DNA from: Minisyncoccota bacterium
GTDB taxonomy: Bacteria; Patescibacteriota; Minisyncoccia; Phycocordibacterales; UBA2100
Assembly (NCBI GenBank): GCA_020058565.1
Contig: JAGVDT010000036.1
Span: 1 to 34,842, forward strand
Length of the DNA stretch: 34,842 nt
Reading direction: 5' to 3'
The notes beneath the pieces were generated by a model. That model was given only the letters and a program-made list of their open reading frames with translations. It did no database searches and was not told the origin of the DNA. This document shows positions 1-6,381 of the stretch, piece after piece. Made by a program: the position numbers and the translations under genes. Numbering within the stretch: the first letter of the stretch is position 1; each line of letters begins with the position of its first letter.

Positions 1-150
1 GAGTGAGCCGGATGGGATGTTTGAAATAGCGAGGCTGGTGGTGGTGGCGTTTGCGATCACTGCATCTGCGAATGAAGAAGTAGATGATGCGTTGATGCCG
101 CTGGTGAAGTTGAGATAGGTGGTGGTGGCGTTGTTTGGGAAGAGGTAGCC
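1..150 (-). repeat. Copy 1 of a ~150-nt near-identical intragenic DNA repeat (window starts inside or at it)
   Basis: gagtgagccggatgggatgtttgaaatagcgaggctggtggtggtggcgtttgcgatcactgc... aligns without gaps to 1195-1344 and 1645-1794. It encodes YLFPNNATTTYLNFTSGINASSTSSFADAVIANATTTSLAISNIPSGSL. Confidence 0.85.
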
Positions 151-3100
151 AAATGTTGAGTAGTCAGTACCCGGGACGGCGGCCTGTATTGCCCCACCCG
201 CCCCTGCTTTAAGAAGAGATCCATTGGCGATGTTTGCGATTGCAAAGGATGTCGTGGTGGCATTCGCGAACAGCGCCGATGAAGTCGAAACAAAATTTCC
301 AACCGCGAGCGCGCTGTAGAACGTCGAGGTGCTGACCGCGAGATTGGCGACTCCACCGACGGAGAGCAGCGTTCCGGCGCTGGTGGTGCCGATCCCGACA
401 TTGTTTGAAAAATATGACTTACCCATCACTTCAAATATGCTCGCGAGCGTGGAAGTGCCGCTGGCGCCTACAACCACGACATCGTTTGTATCCGTGGGGT
501 AAATTCGCAAGTCGTCGGTAGACGTAGACCATGCGCCTGCGCCGCCGCCGCCGCCGGAAGAAATGTCGGTGCCCCACACCGGCAAAAGGCTGCCGTTGAG
601 CTTGAGGACATTTCCGCTTGCTGCACCGCCAGTCGTCAGTACTGTGAGATGGTTGGGCGAATCAGCGTACAAGATGTCTCCCGTAGCGTACGTCGTTATT
701 CCAGTACCCCCCTGCGTTGCCGCGAGCGTGCCGGAGATATTCGCCAGAGTTGTGGTTGCGGTCCATGTGGGCACTCCGCCAAGAAGCGCCAAGACTTGCC
801 CCGGAAGACCTGCCGATGTGGTGGCGAGCGCTCCGGAGCCGTTTCCATAGAGGAGCGCGCCAGTGGCGACACTCGACCAGCCGGTCCCACCGTAGATCGC
901 GCTCAAAGTGCTGGTTGCCGAAACTGTGCCATTGATCGCCTGCAACGGTCCCGTAAGGCTGCCAATCGAGAACGTGCCGTTAAATGCGTTGGTGCCGGTA
1001 AAAGTATTATTCGCATATGTCTTTGCGATCGTAGTAGAGGCATCCGCAAAATAGATAGCGGAAGTGGTCGAAAAGAAATCACGCTGCGTCTTCCAGAAGT
1101 CTGTTGAGGTGGTGCTAAAGAGCGTGGCGTTCGCCGAGAGGAAGTCGGTGCCTGCTACAGCTGCAAGTACCGAGCCGCCGGTGGTTGTTTTGAGGAGTGA
1201 GCCGGATGGGATGTTGGAGATGGCAAGTGATGTCGTGGTGGCGTTTGCGATCACTGCGTCTGCGAATGATGAAGTGGAAGATGCGTTGATGCCGGAGGTG
1301 AAGTTGAGGTAGGTGGTGGTGGCGCTGTTTGGGAAAAGGTACGAGAAGTTGGCGTAGTCGGTGCCGGCTACTGCTGCCACGACACTCCCCTGTGCGTTGG
1401 TTTTGAGGAGGACTGAAGAAAGTCCGGTAAAGATCAGGTTGGTGGTGGTGGCGGTGCCATTTACGGTAAGGCCGCCGGTTTGGGTGCCATCGCCGATGGT
1501 GGTGGAGGCAAAGGCGGTGAGGCCGCCGTTGAAGTTGATGAGCGTGTTGGTGGCGTTGTTTGGGAAGAGGTAGGCGAAGGTGGAGGCGACGTAGTCGGTG
1601 CCCGCGACCGCGGCCAAAACTGAGCCACCAAGACCTACCTTCAGGAGCGAGCCGTTGGTGATGTTGGAAATAGCGAGGCTGGTGGTGGTCGCGTTTGCGA
1701 TCACTGCGTCGGCGAATGAAGAAGTAGATGATGCGTTGATGCCTGAGGTGAAGTTGAGGTAGGTGGTGGTGGCGTTGTTTGGGAAGAGGTATGCAAACGC
1801 GCTACCGGTCTGGTCGCTCCCGCAGCCAAACGTGCCGTTGTTGTAGGTGAGAAATGATCCGGCCTGGCAGACATTGAGACCTGCACCAAAGAGCTGCGAA
1901 GTGGAAGCAATCGAGGCAAAGAGCGTGGTCGTTGTCGCATTCACGAAATCCGCGTCAGCGAAATGCGAAGTCGACGAGGCGAAGATTCCGCTTTGCGCCC
2001 ATATTGGACTCGAGGTAGCGGCGGCCACTACCGAGTAATTAGAGAGCCATGTAAACGGCGCCCCTTGTCCCACCGCAGTCTGGTCCGTTACGCAGGAAAA
2101 TCGGCCGTTTGCGTACGTGAGCACTTCGCCGCCCGCGCAGGTAGCGAGGCCCGCTCCGTAGTAGAGCGTTGAGGATGCGTAGCTGGCAGAAATGCCGGTG
2201 GTGGAAGCATATGCAAATGTCTGTGTACCCGTAAATGTGTTGTTGACATATGTTTTAGGAATTGTGGTAGAAGCATCTATAAAGTAGATAGCGCTCGTTG
2301 TCGAAAAGCCGGACAGACTTTGTGTCGAAAGGAAATACGAGGCTGATGTCGTAGAAAATGCGAGGCCCTGGTATTGCTCTAGGAAATATGCCGATGATGT
2401 TGTCGAGAAAAGATTGCGAGAAGAGAGAAACGCATCGGCCGAAGTGGTAGAAAAGAAATTCGTTGCGCTTGCCCAGTAGTTTACGCTCGTGGTTGAGAAA
2501 AAGTCGTTGGCAACTTTCCAATAATCAGCGCTGGTGGTCGAAAAGAAAAATCCCTTATCGTACGTCGCGAGAAGATGCTCTGCAGATGTGGTCGAGAAGA
2601 AATTGTTTTGCGTTTTCCAGTAGTCAGCCGATGTTGTCGAGAAAGCCGAGATGTTTTGCTGAGCAAGGAAGTACGAAGCCGATGTAGTGGAAAACGCCGC
2701 ACCTTGATTCAGCGCTAGGAAATTCGAGGCCGACGTGGTGGAAAATCCGAGCGCGATCAGCTGCGCCGCCGTATACCCGCTGTGCGTGCCCGTCCAATCT
2801 CCCGTGCTTGTACTTACGTAGTCCTCTCCCGGAGTCGCGAGACTCACGGCGCCGTCGGCGCCGACTTTCAAAATCCCATTCGTCAAAGATGAGATGACAA
2901 GGTTTGAAGTAGATGCATGCGCGGACGTGACAGCGGTCGTGGATGCATACGGGAATACTGATGCGTTAGTCGATGTTGCGACAAAGTTTGGCGAGGTGAT
3001 GGCGTTGTATGCAACAATCGTTCCCCGGAAAAGGCTGTTGCCTCTGACTTCGATAATGTTTCCTATTGTCGTCGTCGCCGTATTTCCGACCAACACCACC

Positions 3101-4620
3101 TGTGCCGGATTCGACGTATACACCGCAAGCTCATCCGTTGTGGTTGCCCACGCGCCGGCGCCACCGCTTCCCTGGAGATCGGGCTGCCAGCTCGGGAAGC
3201 CGCCATTGAGTTTGAGCACGAGACCATTGGCGCCAGCCGGCAGCGCCGCAAGGTTGTCTGCGACGTCCGCATACAGTATGTCCCCTGCCGCGAGCGAACT
3301 TGGCACATCAGTCAGCGCGACAAACGTCGTGACGCCGCTTACGTTGGTGACATTGGTCACGGTAGTTCCTCCGCCGCCGCCGGCCAACGATATCGCCTGA
3401 TACACCTTGGATATATCCGGAGAATGTGCGATGGAGTTGGCATCGATTTTCGCCGATAGACTCGCTTCAAGCTGCGCTAGCCGGCTATTGAGAAGGGATT
3501 CGCTGATGCCTCCCTCGCTTACCACGCGCTCCACTGTGACGCGTTCGATGACTCGCTCGCTTGTCGCCTGAGCGATTGTAGTGGGCTGAACATTTTTCTG
3601 CACTGTTTCTGCGATTTGCTGCGGGGTCGGGCGCGGCAAGGGCGCAGGTGCCGGAGGCGGCGTCTGGGCGAGTGGCTGCGAAACGATCGGTGTCACTTTC
3701 AAAGTGACGGTAGCCTGATTGCTACCGCTAATCATCGCAAAGAAAGATCCAACACTCGAAGAAATTGCGCCGAAGAAGTTAGCAACCGGATTGCTAGCTG
3801 CAGCTGCTAGCGCCGTGCGCGAATCCGATACTGCGCTGAGTGGCATTGAAAAATCTGACTGCGCGATCTGAGCGCTTTCGCTGCCGGATGTCGGCTGCAC
3901 ACCGGTGATGGCGGCAACAGACGACGAGTACATAGCGCGAACATTCTTCGCAAAGCTCGGATCAAACGCGGAATACACGCCGACCAAAATCAAGACGGCA
4001 AATGTCATGGCTGCCGCGCGATGCACCATATCCGCCGCCGGGATCAAAATATGCTTTCCATGCGTCACGTGCGTGACTGCGTCGTGGAAACCAGCTTGAA
4101 CTCCCGTAGGAGCCGGTATGTATGAAGCCGCGTGCGCTATTTTTGCCTTTAGTCCGTGGCGAAAATCCGAGTGAAGCGCCTTACGATATGCGGCGCGACG
4201 CTTGGCGTGCTCCATCGTGTGAACTTTCGGCAAACTAGAAAAATTATTCTCCGGAAAAATAATCCGGTGTGACTCTCGCTCCTGATTCTCGACAAGCTGC
4301 TTAAAGGCAGACTTAGAATGCTCGGCTGCCTTAGGCACGGGTATCGTAGGCGCGTGAAAAACTGCGAATCTCTGATCTTTGTACTCCTGCTTGCGTTGCT
4401 TGCTAAGGCTTTCTTTGCGCTCGATTTTGCTTACTTCGCTCGATCCGAGAAACTTCGACAGTGAACTAGGCTCAACATACCAATTCTTTCCAACGCGTCT
4501 TCCGGCAATTCTTCCTGCGCGACATAACCTGGTTATGTAGTCTCGGGACAGACCAGCAGCAAGAGCAGCATCTGAGGCCGATACGTACCGTTCTTTGCCA
4601 AAGAAAATCTCGTCAGACAT
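1..4620 (-). CDS. Giant repeat-rich, N-terminally membrane-anchored fibre/adhesin-like protein; C-terminus lies beyond the window start; >=1540 aa; missing from supplied ORF track
   Basis: I checked every plus-strand triplet in phase 1-3, 4-6, ... and found no tta/cta/tca between 1 and 4620, so the minus strand is open throughout. The ATG is the rc of 4618-4620 and is preceded by an in-frame stop (cta 4630-4632). The translation starts MSDEIFFGKERYVSASDAALAAGLSRDYITRLCRAGRIAGRRVGKNWYVEPSSL (excisionase/HTH_17-like). It has a single TM, RAAAMTFAVLILVGVYSAF (3964-4020), and a Pro-rich linker QPLAQTPPPAPAPLPRPTPQQ (3613-3678). After that come >1100 aa of T/S/G/A/N-rich repeats. Confidence 0.85.
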   Translation of the reverse strand, partial: MSDEIFFGKERYVSASDAALAAGLSRDYITRLCRAGRIAGRRVGKNWYVEPSSLSKFLGSSEVSKIERKESLSKQRKQEYKDQRFAVFHAPTIPVPKAAEHSKSAFKQLVENQERESHRIIFPENNFSSLPKVHTMEHAKRRAAYRKALHSDFRHGLKAKIAHAASYIPAPTGVQAGFHDAVTHVTHGKHILIPAADMVHRAAAMTFAVLILVGVYSAFDPSFAKNVRAMYSSSVAAITGVQPTSGSESAQIAQSDFSMPLSAVSDSRTALAAAASNPVANFFGAISSSVGSFFAMISGSNQATVTLKVTPIVSQPLAQTPPPAPAPLPRPTPQQIAETVQKNVQPTTIAQATSERVIERVTVERVVSEGGISESLLNSRLAQLEASLSAKIDANSIAHSPDISKVYQAISLAGGGGGTTVTNVTNVSGVTTFVALTDVPSSLAAGDILYADVADNLAALPAGANGLVLKLNGGFPSWQPDLQGSGGAGAWATTTDELAVYTSNPAQVVLVGNTATTTIGNIIEVRGNSLFRGTIVAYNAITSPNFVATSTNASVFPYASTTAVTSAHASTSNLVISSLTNGILKVGADGAVSLATPGEDYVSTSTGDWTGTHSGYTAAQLIALGFSTTSASNFLALNQGAAFSTTSASYFLAQQNISAFSTTSADYWKTQNNFFSTTSAEHLLATYDKGFFFSTTSADYWKVANDFFSTTSVNYWASATNFFSTTSADAFLSSRNLFSTTSSAYFLEQYQGLAFSTTSASYFLSTQSLSGFSTTSAIYFIDASTTIPKTYVNNTFTGTQTFAYASTTGISASYASSTLYYGAGLATCAGGEVLTYANGRFSCVTDQTAVGQGAPFTWLSNYSVVAAATSSPIWAQSGIFASSTSHFADADFVNATTTTLFASIASTSQLFGAGLNVCQAGSFLTYNNGTFGCGSDQTGSAFAYLFPNNATTTYLNFTSGINASSTSSFADAVIANATTTSLAISNITNGSLLKVGLGGSVLAAVAGTDYVASTFAYLFPNNATNTLINFNGGLTAFASTTIGDGTQTGGLTVNGTATTTNLIFTGLSSVLLKTNAQGSVVAAVAGTDYANFSYLFPNSATTTYLNFTSGINASSTSSFADAVIANATTTSLAISNIPSGSLLKTTTGGSVLAAVAGTDFLSANATLFSTTSTDFWKTQRDFFSTTSAIYFADASTTIAKTYANNTFTGTNAFNGTFSIGSLTGPLQAINGTVSATSTLSAIYGGTGWSSVATGALLYGNGSGALATTSAGLPGQVLALLGGVPTWTATTTLANISGTLAATQGGTGITTYATGDILYADSPNHLTVLTTGGAASGNVLKLNGSLLPVWGTDISSGGGGGAGAWSTSTDDLRIYPTDTNDVVVVGASGTSTLASIFEVMGKSYFSNNVGIGTTSAGTLLSVGGVANLAVSTSTFYSALAVGNFVSTSSALFANATTTSFAIANIANGSLLKAGAGGAIQAAVPGTDYSTFGYLFPNNATTTYLNFTSGINASSTSSFADAVIANATTTSLAISNIPSGSL
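1195..1344 (-). repeat. Copy 2 of the ~150-nt intragenic DNA repeat
   Basis: gagtgagccggatgggatgttggagatggcaagtgatgtcgtggtggcgtttgcgatcactgcgtctgcgaatgatgaagtgg... is collinear with copies 1 and 3. Confidence 0.8.
1645..1794 (-). repeat. Copy 3 of the ~150-nt intragenic DNA repeat
   Basis: gagcgagccgttggtgatgttggaaatagcgaggctggtggtggtcgcgtttgcgatcactgcgtcggcgaatgaagaagtagatgatgcgttgat... By hand alignment it has about 13 mismatches in 150 nt against copy 1. Confidence 0.85.
2270..2750 (-). repeat. Intragenic tandem array of about 10 consecutive 15-18-aa units built on FSTTSAxY(F/W); two further units at 1021-1122
   Basis: Hand translation gives FSTTSASNFLALNQGAA, FSTTSASYFLAQQNISA, FSTTSADYWKTQNNF, FSTTSAEHLLATYDKGFF, FSTTSADYWKVANDF, FSTTSVNYWASATNF, FSTTSADAFLSSRNL, FSTTSSAYFLEQYQGLA, FSTTSASYFLSTQSLSG, FSTTSAIYFIDASTT. 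At the DNA level there are recurring ggtcgaaaagaaa / tgtcgagaaa strings. Confidence 0.8.
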
Positions 4621-4622
4621 AT

Positions 4623-4754
4623 TTATCGGCTACTAGACAGAAATCCCCAGAATGAAATGCGAATCATGCCGCCGCGAAGACGTACCGGTCCAGAAATTTG
4701 ATGAGCACTCAAATCCTGGAGCAAAGCTGCAGATTTTGAATTCTGTTTCTTCAT
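4623..4754 (-). CDS. Speculative 43-codon upstream ORF abutting the giant gene
   Basis: The minus strand reads ATG (rc of 4752-4754) ... TAA (rc of 4623-4625), giving MKKQNSKSAALLQDLSAHQISGPVRLRGGMIRISFWGFLSSSR. The stop lies 2 nt before the giant gene ATG (cgaTAAatATG). It is below the length cut-off of the ORF track. No recognisable domain, so it could be chance. Confidence 0.2.
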   Translation of the reverse strand: MKKQNSKSAALLQDLSAHQISGPVRLRGGMIRISFWGFLSSSR

Positions 4755-5111
4755 GCTTGAAATTTTCTGCCAGCTTCGCGTTAAGATTTCGAGTTTTAGC
4801 TCGGTTCAGGAATTGTTCGGGTGACCGATTTAACTAATATTTTACTAGACATTTCGGACATTTTATTTTCGCGATTCTGCAAAATCTGTGGATATGTATG
4901 CATATTTTTTTCCTTACGATATAGAGACGATGGATCGCGATATATTTCGCAAACTAAAGCAATTTTATGCGGGGAACCACACCACCGACAATATTTATCA
5001 AAATATTCTTATCCCAACTTGGTTTCCTGACTAATTCTCGGCTGCCCGAGCATCGATAAATATAGGTATATTGCTGATTGAGGCTGATTCAGACTCTGCT
5101 TTGCGGCCCGA

Positions 5112-5147
5112 CCAAAATGCGACGACCGAGTTTAGCTCGGTCGCCGC
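5112..5147 (-). terminator. Intrinsic-terminator-like hairpin downstream of the 339-aa gene
   Basis: The minus strand reads gcggcgaccgag-ctaaa-ctcggtcgtcgc followed by auuuugg. The stem is about 11 bp with one mismatch. It lies about 25 nt after the stop at 5172. Confidence 0.6.
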
Positions 5148-5171
5148 AAATGGTTTTAACTCAGAGTAGAT

Positions 5172-6191
5172 TTACTCGACCGAACGGATGTACACGAGCT
5201 CCTTCGAAAGCAGGACCTCAAGTGAGAGCTTATTGGCTGCCGCGGTTGCTACTGAAGCCACTTGGCGATCATCGGGCTCAAATATCGCACTATAGATTCT
5301 CTCGCCGCCACTCAATCCTAGCGCGGTTCCCGCAAGCACTAAGAGTACAAGCACTAGGACTGGAACTGTGGCTTGAAACATAGACTTTCCGGGTATTGGG
5401 ATACTTCTCGGTTGATTTTTTTTGGAGCCTTCTGCGGACGATTTATGCTCGAACGCATAGTGAGTTTTTTCGTCGGCTTCCTCAACGAGCCTGGCCTCTA
5501 GTACTCGTATGGGTATTCTGCTGCTTGTCTGTTGCATCGAATCCAAAGCGGCGGTAGCGGGTTGCGCTCGGAGCTCGAACTCCGGCAGTACGGACGAGAG
5601 CGTCGGAAAGAGTGGCTTTTCGTCTTTGCCATACTCCATCAGTTTTTGCTTCTCTACGTTTATCGGCAAAGCATTCTGGATCTCAACTGGCACCGGACGT
5701 TTTAATCCGACTGATTCTGCCTGCACTGCGCGCAGAAGCGCTTCTTTCTCTTTTTTGTGTTCGAGGATCGCTTCCCTGTCAACATACCAGCGATTTCCCA
5801 CCTGCGTCGAGGGAATTTTGCCTGCACGAGCAAGTTGGCCGACGTAATCTTGATTGTAATCTGTTATCTTTGCAGCGAGCGCGGCAGAGACAAATTCTTT
5901 TCCGTCTTCCCGAATTGTCGCTTCTACATTTGGATCAGGCTGGTATTTTGGCGGTTCAGGTTTGAACGCCTCGGCTTTTAATTTGTATGCATGAAGAGAT
6001 TCAGGAAATACATACCATTGGTTTCCTACCCGCCTGGCGTCAACGTGCCCAGCACGACAGAGCTGCCCAACGTAGTCTTGGGTATATCCAAATTCCACAG
6101 CCGCCCTTTTAGAGGCAATGTAAGTTTTGCTATCAAGAGTAACCGCATCCATTCCGGTAAGTATAACAGCACGAGAACGCATATCGTCCAT
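5172..6191 (-). CDS. Hypothetical membrane protein with two excisionase/HTH_17-like repeats and a C-terminal TM helix
   Basis: ORF-track protein of 339 aa. The motifs are YIASKRAAVEFGYTQDYVGQLCRAGHVDARRVGNQWYVFPESL and FVSAALAAKITDYNQDYVGQLARAGKIPSTQVGNRWYVDREAI, paralogous to the N-terminus of the giant protein. The hydrophobic helix ATVPVLVLVLLVLAGTALGL sits near the C-terminus. Confidence 0.75.
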   Translation of the reverse strand: MDDMRSRAVILTGMDAVTLDSKTYIASKRAAVEFGYTQDYVGQLCRAGHVDARRVGNQWYVFPESLHAYKLKAEAFKPEPPKYQPDPNVEATIREDGKEFVSAALAAKITDYNQDYVGQLARAGKIPSTQVGNRWYVDREAILEHKKEKEALLRAVQAESVGLKRPVPVEIQNALPINVEKQKLMEYGKDEKPLFPTLSSVLPEFELRAQPATAALDSMQQTSSRIPIRVLEARLVEEADEKTHYAFEHKSSAEGSKKNQPRSIPIPGKSMFQATVPVLVLVLLVLAGTALGLSGGERIYSAIFEPDDRQVASVATAAANKLSLEVLLSKELVYIRSVE

Positions 6192-6381
6192 CCGAGTTGC
6201 CGAGATAGTGAATAACTTCGCGCCATAATAAGCGCCCGTAAATCCGGAGCACGAATACTGAAGTCCGAGATACTATTAAATTCACCAACTAATATCTGAA
6301 GAATCACCCATAAAGCTGCCTAAGAATTTCAAATCAACCGGGTCAATCTGACACCATTGCTGGGATGCCCTGCTCGAAATA

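Noticed and set aside
57-4099. Short ORFs listed in the track inside 1-4620 (for example 57-401, 649-1107, 2894-3400, 1701-1940).
   Set aside because: All of them are antisense or out of frame relative to the continuous 1540-codon ORF. Their compositions are Pro/Arg/Ser-rich shadow translations of the repeats.
1-4620. The absence of long ORFs in the track might have reflected non-coding repeat DNA or an alternative genetic code (for example UGA recoding).
   Set aside because: One minus-strand frame is completely open under the standard code. gatB, secA and the other genes are also intact under the standard code. The gap in the track is an edge-truncation artefact.
4631-4852. A recurrent tactagaca 9-mer (4631-4639 and 4844-4852), with ttactagat at 6791 and 8411, as a possible regulatory motif.
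   Set aside because: It is too short and has too few copies to separate from chance. Its positions have no consistent relationship to gene starts.
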